A program made the translations under genes and the position numbers. A stretch of DNA of 50,740 nucleotides. Origin: Nemertoderma westbladi. Lineage: Eukaryota; Animalia; Xenacoelomorpha. The notes under the pieces are model-generated. The model was not told where the DNA came from. It worked only from the letters and a program-made list of their open reading frames with translations, and did no database searches. Below, piece by piece: positions 34,699-47,625 of the stretch. Location of the stretch: NCBI GenBank assembly GCA_032718475.1, contig JAUCBJ010000312.1, positions 1 to 50,740 on the forward strand, given 5' to 3'. Within the stretch, counting starts at the first letter, position 1; each line of letters opens with the position of its first letter.

Positions 34699-36987
34699 TT
34701 ATTTTGATGTATTTTAATGTTTGTTTCATTTTAGTAAAATTAGTTTTGCTTTTGTATAAATTAGATTCTCCATCCACCCACATGTATTGTTGAAATACAG
34801 TAGTGTTTGGTAAAAACAATGAACATTATTAACTTCTGATTTCATTTATAGTAGCCATTACTATACTTGTAATCGTAATGTAGCACAAAACTATAGGGCA
34901 ATAATACAGTAATAATGTATTAACAGGAGATTTAAAAATCAGATTATAAACATTCCGGTAATTATTAATTATTAAGAAGAGCATTAAAAGTAACTGAAAT
35001 GACGAGATAAACAAGAAAATATGAACGGTAAGAATTTCTTTTTCTCGAAAACCAAACAAAAACGATTCTAAACAAATATGTAAAAACTATTTAAGGTACC
35101 GGTACAATCAATTTGCCATACTAAACAAACAATAAACTAACCTATTTAATGCTTAAAGCACAACTTTTCAAGCAAAACAAATTCAGTTTCTGGATTATAT
35201 GAATTAAAACAGACATGTTTCAATGACAAAACGGTTTCAGTAATATTAATAAAATATCAGTGGTTCCAAAACTCCCAACACAGTTGATTCGATAGGAGTA
35301 GAAATATATCTTCCTTCATTTCTCCATACGAGCTATAACTGTAAGGCAACTTCAAAGAGGGACCACATGTACTAGCTCCTATAGATCTCGTGAAAGATGT
35401 GGTCACAATGAATTCTACTTGAATTGTATCACATATCATGAGATTAGAACCGGTGATATACCGCAAAAACTAAAAGCATCCATTAACTCGTCTAAATCTT
35501 CTTGATCAGGTAATATACCATTTAGAAGTTGCCGTAAAACATTCCCCTCACTGACATTGAGTAAAGTGTATAGGTTATCAGGAGGAATTTCTGTCTCTTC
35601 AAAATAAACATATTTGAAGAACGGCGAGGATAATTGAACAGGCCAGTATTTAAGTAATTCGTAACCATAAACAAGAATCCGTCTAATAGACAACCAAACT
35701 TCAACATCCCAATCATGCCGTATGCAGGGGATTCCAGATGAGCAACCTCTAACATTAAATTCGCTCCAAAAGATAGCGAAAAGCTCCCGCGTAAGTCCTA
35801 GGTTATCAATTCCACACTCTTGCGATCCATCAGAGCAAATAAACGTTACATGCACGTTTACAAATAAACGCTCCTTGTACAATGGTATTTCTTCACGGAA
35901 GAGATCAATCATAAACTGAAAAACATTATTCCGAGGCACAGTTATCAAGCGTTTATGGTCAACTAGTCTGCGAACACGAGCTTCGCGTAAATCATTAATC
36001 GATAATTGTCCATCAGATTCAGATTCACCAGAACTTTCATCCAAAATGCTTGTGTCGGTTATTGGAGACATGAATCGCGCAGGAGGATTAATATTTCGAG
36101 GATGACGCCGTCGAAAATCCGTAGAAGCACTGATTTCTAATTCACGGTTTTGCTCGCAAATTAGACACTGACCATTTTCTTCAGATAGGCCTATACCTAG
36201 AGTACAATTGCAATTAATGCAGATTGTATGATTAAGTGGAACCTGTGCTTGGCTAAAGCTGGGTTCTAGTACTGGTGGACCTGGGCCTGCTGGTGCAGCT
36301 ACAGAGTGTCTAGAACCCGAGACTAACAAAGCATTATCACTATCTGACTATTAGGCCTACAAGCAGAAACATCCGGAGTCGTATCATTAAGAACATTATC
36401 AGAAACAGCCACCTCATTGATCTCAAAATCAGAATGATCAACAGCTTCCTCTAAAGACCTATCAACAGTACCGGTACTTTTAATTGTATCAATGCAAAAA
36501 AAGAACTGTAAGGTGCCAGGAACTCCAATAGCTCTGCTGTAATTATCCAAACTGAACTCGGAAGACAATCAGAATCACCTTGAGGATTAGGGAAAACTTC
36601 TGTTATTACCTGCCCCAAACAATTTTCTAGCCGGAAGTTATAATAAGAATTCACATTTCCAAGTGAAGGAGAAACTCCGGCAGGAAAAAATTTATCCTTG
36701 ATAAATACAACTAATGACTTGTATGAGAGGCGAAAGTCTACAGAAAAAACGCACATAGACTTGTCCCCTAAATGGGCTTCGTGAAACAATACTATCGCAC
36801 TTCATCTTGAATCGCGCATGCCGTATCACCGATAACGGTCGTCCCATGCTCCCATGCGGACAGGTATAGCGTGCGCATTGACAGGATCTCTACGGGATCC
36901 TTTAATGTGAGAATAACCGCGTCTGCGGCCTCGATTAATTTGCCTAGTAGATGCTCCTGATACATTAACATTTCTACCAGTGGTTGT

Positions 36988-39900
36988 CAGTAGGGAACAT
37001 ACCCTTAAATAAGCTCCAAAAGTGGGTTCTTATTTAAGGAAAATGGCTCTTATTTAGGGGTTTTTGGGCCTTTTTTGGATATTTTTTCGACATAATATGC
37101 AATAACTTGTTTCAGGAAAAAATACCGCATAATTTTATTTCACAATGTAAAAGTTGGGTCTTTCTTGAACATAAAGCAAAAAACCAGAAAACATTTCACC
37201 GTCCGGTTTTTTTTCTACAAGCGTTTTAAAATTGCATCAAAAATACGACTAGTTCCTAAATAAGGGTGATTTTTTAAATTTACCTTATTTAAGATATCGA
37301 AATTGTACACATAGATACTAAAAGTCCCTAAATAAGAACTTTTTGACCTGGATTTCTTATTTAGGAATACAATTGTATTCCAAAATCTGCACATTCCTTA
37401 AATAAAATCAATATTCCTTACAGTATGTGTTACACTTCTTTCATAATTCTTTGACTGTTTGATTTATGTCAGTCTGTATATTGCTAATTGTTGGGTTAAG
37501 GATAAGGACAATGGTTGCACTGCACTCTATAAATCCTCTATAGAATATCGTATCATAGTGAAGTAGCTAGCACTGGCATTCTTACCTCACACGGTAGCAT
37601 AGAATAGCCCATTGATATTCAAAAGAATAGCCCATCGCCCATCTGAGCGCACATACATTGTCACATATTTCGATGAAACATGGCTCAAGTAACTGGACAT
37701 CGCCGCACAGTTTCGAAAAACTAACTTGTGTCCTGCATTTCCTCTTCTGCTCCCCGTTACGCCCCACTTAGATGGATTGTCCACAATGTTGTACTTGAAA
37801 GGTGTGAAAAAAGTGAAAAATAAATGTCAATGCCATGTCAATAGGCACAAAGATGGTTCGGTTGGGCAGCTGATAGACGTTATGAAGGTTAAAGATGATG
37901 ACTGGATGACGTTTTGGCTCAACTGGCTCAGGCATGAGTGGGACACGTTCGTGGGACCTTTGCGCAGCATGAAGTGAGCAAAGCCTTAGCTAGCCCTAGC
38001 TGATAGGGGCCCCACCCCATTAACGGGCCCCACCCCATTAACATGTTGTCTTTCGTCAGTCAGAGGTCGTTCAACACAATACTCGTCTCCTTAATTTGCA
38101 TCATTGCGTTCGTTTGTTTTTTTACCAAACTTCAGATTATTTCTAATCTTTTGACAGACTACATACCGTACATACTAAGTTTCGTTTAATTTCATCAAGG
38201 AATGACCGAGTTATTAGCGATAAAAAATTTACAACGACGACAGACAACTCGTTAATAGCACCCATATGCTAAGGCTTCGCTCACTTGAACGTGGCTCTCC
38301 CCCACATTCAATCCGGTTCGACGCAGTTTGTTGCTCGTTGTTGCTCATTGCTGCTCGTTGTGCTTTATTATTTCTCATTGTTGGTCATTGTTGCTCGTTG
38401 TTGGTCATTGTTGCTTGTTGGTGCTCATTGTTGCTCGTTAGTTGTACTTTATTATTGCTCGTTGTACTCTATTATTGCTCGTTGTTGCTCATTATTACTC
38501 ATTGTTGCTCGTTGTTGTACTTTATTATTGCTCGTTCAATCGTTGTTCCTCATTGTTGCTCGTTGTTTCTCGTTGTTGTACTTTATTATTGCTCATTGTT
38601 GCTCAATATTACTCGTTGTTGCTCGGTCAGTCGTTGTTGCTCATTGTTGCTCGTTGTTGTACTTTATTGTTGCTCAATATATCTCGTTGTTGCTCAATAA
38701 AACTCGTTGTTGCTCGTTCAGTCGTTGTTGCTCATTATTGCTCGCTGTTTCTCGTTGTTGCTCATTGTTGCTCGTTGTTGTTCTTTATTATTGCTCATTG
38801 TTGCTCAGTGTTTCTCATTGTTGCTCAATGTTACTCGTTGTTATACTTTATTATTGCTCAATGTTACTCATTGTCATTGTTGCTCATTGTTACTCGTTGT
38901 TCCTCATGTCCTAATTATTGGTCGTTGTTTCTCGTTGTTGTACTTTATTATTGCTCATTGTTGCTCGTTGTTTCTCAATGTTGCTCGTTGTTGTACTTTA
39001 TTATTGCTCGTTCAGTCGTTGTTCCTCATTGTTGCTCGCTGTTTCTCGTTGTTGCTCATTGTTGCTCATTGTTGCTCGTTGTTGCTCATTATTACTCAGT
39101 GTTACTCGTTGTTGCTCATTGTTGCTCGTTGTTGTACTTTATTATTGCTCGTTCAGTCGTTGTTCCTCATTGTTGCTCGCTGTTTCTCGTTGTTGCTCGT
39201 TATTGTACTTTATCATTGCTCATTGTTGCTCGGTGTTTCTCAATGTTACTCGTTGTTGCTCATTGTTGCTCGTTGTTGCTCATTGTTGCTCGTTCAGTCG
39301 GTGTTCCTCATTATTGCTCGTTGTTGTACTTTATTATTGCTCAATGTTACTCGTTGTTGCTCATTGTTGCTCGTTGTTACTCGTTGTTGCTCGTTGTTTT
39401 GTTACTCATCAGCTCATTGTTCATTTGTTGCTTATTGTTGGTCATTGTTGCTTGTTGGTGCTCATTGTTGCTCGTTAGTTGTACTTTATTATTGCTCGTT
39501 GTACTCTATTATTGCTCATTGTTGCTCGTTGTTGTACTTTATTATTGCTCGTTCAATCGTTGTTCCTCATTGTTGCTCGTTGTTGTACTTTATTATTGCT
39601 CATTGTTGCTCAATATTACTCGTAGTTGCTCGGTCAGTCGTTGTTGCTCGTTGTTGTACTTTATTATTGCTCATAGTTGCTCAATATATCTCGTTGTTGC
39701 TCAATATAACTCGTTGTTGCTCGTTCAGTCGTTGTTGCTCATTATTGCTCGTTGTTTCTCGTTGTTGCTCATTGTTGCTCGTTGTTGTTCTTTATTATTG
39801 CTCATTGTTGCTCAGTGTTTCTCATTGTTGCTCGTTGTTGCTCAATGTTACTCGTTGTTATACTTTATTATTGCTCAATGTTACTCGTTGTTACTCATTG

Positions 39901-41389
39901 TCATTGTTGCTCATTGTTAATCGTTGTTCCTCATGTCCTAATTATTGGTCGTTGTTTCTCGTTGTTGTACTTTATTATTGATCGTTGTTTCTCAATGTTG
40001 CTCGTTGTTGTACTTTATTATTGCTCGTTCAGTCGTTGTTCCTCATTGTTTCTCGCTGTTTCTCGTTGTTGCTCATTGTTGCTCGTTGTTGTACTTTATC
40101 ATTACTCATTGTTGCTCGGTGTTTTTCAATGTTACTCGTTGTTGCTCATTGTTGCTCGTTCAGTCGTTGTTCCTCATTATTGCTCATTGTTGTTCGTTGT
40201 TTCTCGCTGTTGCTCATTGTTGCTCGTTGTTGTACTTTATTATTGCTCATTTTTGCTCGTTGTTGCTCATTGTTTCTCATTGTTGCTCAATGTTACTCGT
40301 AGTAGTCGTAGTTGCTGATTGTTACTCATTGTTGCTTATTGTTGCTCGTTCAGTCGTTGTTCCTCATTACTGCTCGTTGTTGTACTTTATTATTGCTCAA
40401 TGTCACTCGTTGTTGCTCATTGTTACTCTTTGTTGCTCGTTGTTTTGTTACTCATCAGCTCATTGTTCATTTGTTGCTCGTTGTTGCTTAGTGTTGGTCA
40501 TTGTTGCTCGTGGTGCATTTTTGCACCTATCCAATTAAGCTCAGAAGCTCCCTTATCTCTGCATCTTGCAATGTCCTGTCAAGGTTGGGCAGGTAGGAGG
40601 TCATAACTGTCATAAGCAGATAAGTGATAATTGAATAAGCAGATAAGGGCAGAAGGAGGACGGTGCTGGGAGACGAGGTTATAAGATACATTATATAAGG
40701 ATATTTAATTTAATTTATTTAATTTAATATATGAGAAATGAGGCCAGTATTGGTTGACAGAAGGAGATACGCAATGCGTATCCCATTGCGCCTCATAATA
40801 GCCTCTCCATCAACAAGTCAACCCCATCGACTAGCGGCACTGGCTGTTTCAGCTGACGGGGCTCTGTCGAAAAACGCGTCCCTGATGCAGTAAGGGCCCT
40901 CTTTTGAGGAGCAATATTATTATTGTCGCGGAACTGCTTCTACTCTCTGTGAGAAATGAGAAATATTTAATTTATTTAAGGAGTATGCAGATTTTGGAAT
41001 GAAATTGTATACCTAATTAAGAAACCCATGTCAAAAAGTTCTTATTTAAGGACTTTTAGTATTTATGTGTACAATTTCGATGTCTTAAATAAGGTAAATT
41101 TAAAAAATCCCCCTTATTTAGGAACTGGTCGTATTTTTGATGTAATTTTAAAACGCTTCTAGAAAAAAAACCGGACGGTGAAATGTTTTCTGGTTTTTTG
41201 CATTATGTTCAAGAAAGAACCAACTTTTATATTGTGAAATAAAATTATGCGGTATTTTTTACTGAAACAAGTTCTTGCATATTATGTCGAAAAAATATCC
41301 AAAAAAGGCCCAAAAACCCCTAAATAAGAGCCATTTTCCTTAAATAAGAACCCACTTGTGGAGCTTATTTAAGGGTATGTTCCCTACTG
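36988..41389. mobile_element. 4.4-kb non-autonomous DNA transposon with ~420-bp TIRs and a 5-bp TSD
   Basis: gttgt|cagtagggaacatacccttaaataagctcc ... ggagcttatttaagggtatgttccctactg|gttgt. TIRs at 36988-~37410 and ~40965-41389 carry repeated ccttaaataag motifs. Confidence 0.92.
38325..40515. repeat. Complex low-complexity repeat (gttgttgctc/attgttgctc) with a ~1.04-kb higher-order duplication
   Basis: Unique markers repeat at 38401/39438, 38905/39932 and 39403/40449. Confidence 0.95.
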
Positions 41390-43202
41390 GTTGTGGTACC
41401 GGTCAGCCGGTACTGGTAGATGCTAATTCTGCAATCGCCTGTCGTAAGTTCCCTATAGCGACTCTTCTACTATCCGTAACAAAGTCATCACAATCATCAT
41501 TGTTGGCGCCGGTTTCTTCCATAATGCCACCAATAGGCCTACTGCAATAGGCCCTATACTGATATATATGCATGGGATGGGCCTAAACCGGTATGGTATT
41601 CATATCATGCATATCAGTGACTTTAGTCACTGACAGACTGATATGTAACAAAATGAAGGGATGTCCTGCTAGGTGCCCACCAGTTATTTCCTTAACACAG
41701 TACTGCAGTACCGGTAGCCTAATGCAGTAATGGCTGACTAAATGGCTAATGGCTGGCGAACTAAAATTGAAAACCCTAGGCCTAATTGAAATTGTCATGT
41801 AACCATAACCTAATCCAAATCGCAATTTGCTCGAATTGGCAACCTACTGCATACTGAACTCGGTTTCAATTTTTCTGAAATTTCACTAAATTTGTTAGAT
41901 AGGCCTAACGACTTTTAGTTTTAGGGATACAGGGATATGGTTTAGTGGTTACCGGTCACATGACAGTTTCATTTAGAGTTTACAGTTTCAATTACTGAAT
42001 TAGAGTTTAGCTGTTTAGGCCGATCCTGAACAAATACCTGACTACCTGACAGCCTGAAGAAACTACCAGATACTGAGATATACACTCTGACTCTGACAGT
42101 ATGCAGTACTGTATACAGGTATGTATAGGCCTATAGCCTGATAGCATACCGGTAGTATATTACAGTATTAGGACTGGTGGGCAAAAGGAACATCAACAAG
42201 TAATTTGATTTTACCTCCAAAATACTTGCGTGTTTCCTAATTGGATAATATTTGCAGACTTTTTGGTCGACCAAAAAGTACTTTTTGGTCGACCAAAAAG
42301 TCCCTTAAAAAAATAAATAAAAAAAAGTATTAAGTGTGGCACAATTCAGCCAAGTGATATAAATGGTGACAAAATGGCTTTTTTTTTAAATAAATGAGTG
42401 TTCAAAAGTAGCCCCGTACTTGGGGCTACTTTGAAACCTCATGTATTTGAACCAAAAATCAAAGTAGGCCCTTCACTGGGGCTTCTTTGATCATTTTATA
42501 ACAAAACATCAGCCGCCTTACCTTAATAGCTGTTAATTATAGTAGTCTAAAGTAAGCTCTTATTCTTCATGACCAATATAATTAATCAGTGATGCTTGAG
42601 TTTATCACAGACATAGATCACTTGCCATGCAGGTTTTGTAAATGGGCTTAACTCAGTAAATTGTCAAAAGCAATTATGCAATATGTAAGTTATGATAATT
42701 ACATTATGCGAGATTTATATTACGGTATTGACCTGCAATGCCGGATTCGCCGACGAGGGGCGATCCGGTAGCCCAAGCGGAGGGCGGCCGTGTCGCGAGG
42801 AAGGTACCACGAGGAAGGGACGAGTCGATGCATGACGGCGGTCGGAATACCGAAGTCGCCGGCCAGCCACAGGCCGAGAGCGATGGACGGCCCACCAGAA
42901 CGGCGACGGTAGGGCCGCCAATAAGGAATAATAAGGAAACAACGATAAATGAAGAAAGAAAGGAGTCGCTGCAGTCTATATCACTCAGTCTGGCTGTGTT
43001 GGCAATTATAATGCCGGAATGGGTGGGGTTGACCTATTGGACAAACTTGTTGCTTCCTACCGACCTACTATCAGTGCTAAGAAGTAGTGGTTCCCACTTT
43101 TCATTCAGTTGTGACAGCTATGACAGCTGCTTGGCAGATTCATTGCGAAGTCAATCAACCAACCAACCAGCAGGTTGATCATCTTAGCTTTATAATCAAC
43201 AT

Positions 43203-44345
43203 TACTACTACTACTAGGTCAAGCGAACTCGGACAGTGGAAATGAGATCCTGGTATGACCTCGTCTTTACTTCGCCGGCAGTGCCCACTGAATCTTAATC
43301 TGCGTTCACGGAGGGTGGTTGATACAGGTGGTATTGTACCATAAAGCTCGGCGTTTGTCATGTGTTGTCTCCAGCTGATGTTTAGGGCTGCCCTTGTGTA
43401 GCAACCATCAATTCGTTGTTCAAGTGATTTAGTCAGTGTCCAGGTCTCACCCCCGTATAAAAATACACTTTCCACTGTGGCTCGAAATAACTTAGTCTTC
43501 AGGTGCCTGGAAAGATCTGACTTCCAGATGGTATCCATTTTTGATAGAGCTACCCAAGCCTTTGCTTTCCTAACTTCTATGTCCTTTTTGCTACTCTCAT
43601 CCATGATCCAAGGTACTGGAATTCATCGACCTTCCTTAGTTGATTATTATCAATGGTTGTCAAGTTTCCATCAACATTAAAGGTCATGAATTCGGTCTTT
43701 GTAGAATTTATATGCAATCCAACCTCCTTAGCAGCCCTCTCCACTTTATTTAGTAGAAGCTGTGCATCTGCTAGCGTATTAGAGAGCAGATCGATGTCAT
43801 CCACAAAGTCTGTGTCTGTGACTGTAGTTGCCGGATATCTACTACTTCTGCGTTCTTGAAGTGTGAATCCCAGATCTTCACCCTTTGTGGCTGTCCTCAT
43901 TGCGTAATCCAGCACAATTACAAATAGTAATGGTGCTAATGTGTCACCTTGCAGTACGCCAGCCAGGGTTGAGAGAAAACTCAGTACTGCGAGTTTTGCG
44001 AGTACCTGCGCTTCTGTGTCACAATATAACAATCCAATGCCAGCATCAATTACTTCTGGTATTCCACAAGCTCTTAGGATTTCAAGCATTTTACCTATAT
44101 GGATGGAGTCGAATGCCTTCTTAAACTCCACAAAAAAAAGACTGCGGGGAAATTCTTTGACTTAATTCCTTCAATCAGTCTCCATAGTGCAAGTATCTGA
44201 GCTATTGTTGATCTACTTGGTCGAAATCCACTTTTGCTCTTATGCAGTAGTTTCTCTATGTGAGGCCTAATCCTATATAGAATCATTTTATTGTATATTT
44301 TGGCAGCTACCACAAGCAGACAGATCCCACGATAGTTTTTTGGTA
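43203..44345 (-). mobile_element. RTE-clade LINE, family B: RT domain, C-terminus and (TAG)n tail
   Basis: NYRGICLL, FKKAFDSI, GVLQGDTLAPLLF, FVDDIDLL, FQYLGSW and LFRATVESVFLYG, with several frameshifts. Tail ctactactactag at 43203-43217. Confidence 0.92.
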
Positions 44346-45400
44346 TGCCGAGGTCTCCTCTCAGCCCTCCACGTTAAAAATGTTTCACGGGACTCACGGT
44401 AAAGCTCCTTTAGGTTGTCATTCCACCCTGGGATATTTTTAGCCGATGTACTACTTTTCTGCTTTGGAACATTGGAATTTGCACAATTAATTAACACATT
44501 GGAAGTGACATTCCATAAGTTATCTATTGCCAGTCTATGATTATGATCAGTACAATTGGAATCACGGCAATAAATTTGAGAAGGGATTAAAATCCCTTCC
44601 AGATTGTGATTTAAAGCGGAACTGAACTTCTCAAGTTGCTTAGGCGAAGCAGCTAAACAACAGGGTATATTTGGACCACTGATAGGCCGATCAGCCCCTG
44701 GAGATATATTACATATAACCACTGGATCTATTTCAAGATCAAATGATAAGGGCATGTGATCCTCAAATGTAAGATTGTAATTTATACACAAATTAAAAAT
44801 CTTTGTACTCATAGAAGCTGAGCAAACCACATGATCCAACCATGAGGTTGTACCATGAGCACTACTGACATAAGTAAAACTATTCTGAGGTAGAATATCT
44901 ATGTCTACTATATTTAAATTTAGATCATTACACCAACTGACCAATTCTTTTAAAAATATCCGACCAGGTCCCGGTGATGAATTGAAATCACCAACAATAA
45001 ATGAATATGCTGTTGGAATAGATTCTAACTCTGTACCTAAATTACCTAAACAACACAGATATGAATCATTATTATCGCTACACTCATGAGGTAAATATAC
45101 ATTGATTGCTAAAATTTTCCCGACATTATCATTAGAATCGTTAATATAAATGGGCATAATACGATCATTGTCACAATCCACAAATTCAAATAAGCCAGAT
45201 AATTCTTCCCGAAACAGAACTGCGAGACCACCATAAGGGCGGCCAACAACGAGACCCTCGCTTAAATCTACGGGAGATTTACCCCGAGCACTAAAACGTT
45301 TATCAATATTTTCTAAAAAACATAATTCTTGCTGTGGAAGCATCAGTTCCTGTAAAAAAAATAATATCTGATTTATTGCACAATTCCCTTATAACATGTA
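44346..45400 (-). mobile_element. APE endonuclease region of a different LINE family (clade uncertain)
   Basis: ORF 44288-45343: QEL, GRPYGGLAVL, INVYLP, IVGDFN, SWLDHVVCS, DHMPL, PGWND. Confidence 0.85.
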
Positions 45401-45763
45401 AAGCTTTGTATGAGGGTATTCTAATATTCTTAAATGCCGCCATTATTGATTTATGCAAACTTAAATATATAATATAAAATATAAAAATATTTATAAGAAA
45501 AAAACAAATTAAAACTCACTAAGATATACTATACATAATGATATTATACTTTACAATTATTGATTACCCTGATTAACCCTCATTTCCCTGCGAGACTGAC
45601 CTCACCCTTCTCAGTCTCACTAGCAATGTCAGATGACTCAAGTTCCAACGAATCACATTCTTTGTCACCACGACCAGCTGCTTCTCCTCCCTCAGCCACT
45701 ACCAGTGGAACCACCCCATCCACGGCATTTGGATCCGCCACAACCACATCCTGTGATTTCGAA

Positions 45764-46699
45764 CTGTTATCCGTAGCTCCCTTATGTTCTGTTCTGTTAT
45801 CTGTAGCTCCCTTATGTTCTGTTCTGTTATCTGTAGCTCCCTTATGTTCTGTTCTGTTATCCGTAGCTCCCTTATGTTCTGTTCTGTTATCTGTAGCTCC
45901 CTTATGTTCTGTTCTGTTATCCGTAGCTCCCTTATGTTCTGTTCTGTTATCTGTAGCTCCCTTATGTTCTGTTCTGTTATCTGTAGCTCCCTTATGTTCT
46001 GTTCTGTTATCTGTAGCTCCCTTATGTTCTGTTCTGTTATCTGTAGCTCCTTTATGTTCTGTTCTGTTATCCGTAGCTCCCTTATGTTCTGTTCTGTTAT
46101 CTGTAGCTCCCTTATGTTCTGTTATCCGTAGCTCCCTTATGTTCTGTTCTGTTATCTGTAGCTCCCTTATGTTATGTTCTGTTATCTGTAGCTCCCTTAT
46201 GTTCTGTTCTGTTATCTGTAGCTCCCTTATGTTCTGTTCTGTTATCTGTAGCTCCCTTATGTTCTGTTCTGTTATCTGTAGCTCCCTTATGTTCTGTTCT
46301 GTTATCCGTAGCTCCCTTATGTTCTGTTCTGTTATCTGTAGCTCCCTTATGTTCTGTTCTGTTATCCGTAGCTCCCTTATGTTCTGTTCTGTTATCTGTA
46401 GCTCCCTTATGTTCTGTTCTGTTATCTGTAGCTCCCTTATGTTCTGTTCTGTTATCCGTAGCTCCCTTATGTTCTGTTCTGTTATCTGTAGCTCCCTTAT
46501 GTTCTGTTCTGTTATCCGTAGCTCCCTTATGTTCTGTTCTGTTATCTGTAGCTCCCTTATGTTCTGTTCTGTTATCTGTAGCTCCCTTATGTTCTGTTCT
46601 GTTATCCGTAGCTCCCTTATGTTCTGTTCTGTTATCTGTAGCTCCCTTATGTTCTGTTCTGTTATCTGTAGCTCTCTTATGTTCTGTTCTGTTATCTGT
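45764..46699. repeat. 30-bp minisatellite (~31 copies, highly homogeneous)
   Basis: Unit gttctgttat(c/t)tgtagctcccttatgttct, with one 5-bp deletion near 46120. Confidence 0.98.
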
Positions 46700-46704
46700 T
46701 ACCT

Positions 46705-46925
46705 TATGATCATTCGGTTTTGTCGAACGGCCCATACGGCAGCTTGAAGCTCCAGGCTTGGCATAGTTGCTATGAACTCCCCTGAGACCGTCTTTGCTTT
46801 CCCAAAAACGAAGCTTGTATCAATACCTCCATCCTCATCTATCCAACAACTTTGTATCATAGCATATCTATACAACAACTTTGTATCATAGCATTATAGC
46901 CATGCTAGTTTGAATATAGCATGGC
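46705..46925 (-). mobile_element. BEL/Pao LTR-retrotransposon RNase H fragment
   Basis: Minus strand reads WIDEDGGIDTSFVFGKAKTVSGEFIATMPSLELQAAVWAVR, matching the Pao motif SFV.GK.RVAP...TIPRLELQAA. Confidence 0.75.
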
Positions 46926-47098
46926 TATATTTGGTATATTCGTTATGTTATATGTATATGTGTATATACATGTATATATGTATATATATATGTCGGTATA
47001 TTAATTACCAATTGTCCATCAACCGGTTTCCAATAACACATTAGATATTATATGTAACTTAACTTACCCTTACTTACCCTACTTAACTTAACTTAACA

Positions 47099-47625
47099 TA
47101 CCCTCGAAACAGGAAAAGGGCCCCCTGGACTGACAACAAAATCCAGAAGTGCCGAAATGACCTCTATAAGGTGCAGAAAGAGTCCCGACTCAAACAGACT
47201 ACAGCGGCCAAAAATACACTCAAGGTTGCATCTAGGTCCCTGAACAGGCAGTACTCCGTTAATCTACAGGAGCTAATAAACCAACAGGTTGATGCCATCA
47301 ATGATGCTAACGACAGCAGGCAATCATCCCAGGCATGGAAATCGATCAACTTGCTTGCTGGGCGGAAAAGCCAACCAACCACCAAGGTTAAGGCTGAATC
47401 ACCAGCCGATCGCCTCAATGCAATGGTTGGAAGGCCCACTTTGAAAAGTTCCTCAATAATGACAGGGTATTTATAGAAGTAAACGTGTCTGAGTCTGTAC
47501 TCCCAGATATTCCCATTGGCGATATCTCCTTTGCAGAAGTGAAGGTTGTTGCAAAGAGCATTAAGACAAATCGTGCCAGTGGAGTAGATGGTGTTCCCCC
47601 TGAGGTCTTTTATATCGGACGTTGG
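47099..47625 (+). mobile_element. Internal fragment of RTE family A (linker and start of RT)
   Basis: Reverse complement of 3812-4290, continuing as KTNRASGVDGVPPEVF. Confidence 0.9.

Larger units (their letters stand above)
35257..41522 (-). pseudogene. Intronless HECT-type E3 ubiquitin ligase gene (G2E3-like HECT), degraded and interrupted by the insertion at 36988-41389
   Basis: HECT N-lobe motif ECGIDNLGLTRELFAIFW and C-lobe RYITGS...ASTCGPSLKLPYSYSSYGEM (catalytic Cys position). The frame GTTTTGRNVN is restored across the insertion when one TSD copy is removed. Candidate ATG at 41522. Confidence 0.8.
32684..42352. mobile_element. IS3EU-like DNA transposon carrying a DDE transposase and a HECT E3 gene
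   Basis: Left TIR tacggtggctgaattgtgccacttaatactttt...ggtcgacc...aaaatcaaattac (32684-32862) is inverted at 42200-42352, where the last 5 bp of the terminus are missing. Encloses two convergent degraded genes. Confidence 0.8.

Noticed and set aside
38266-40606. Long Cys/Leu/Val-rich ORFs
   Set aside because: They are open in all three frames because the strand is T/G-rich low-complexity repeat.
45560-46747. 395-aa and 187-aa repetitive ORFs
   Set aside because: They are products of a 30-bp minisatellite that is open on both strands, with a frame-breaking 5-bp deletion mid-array.
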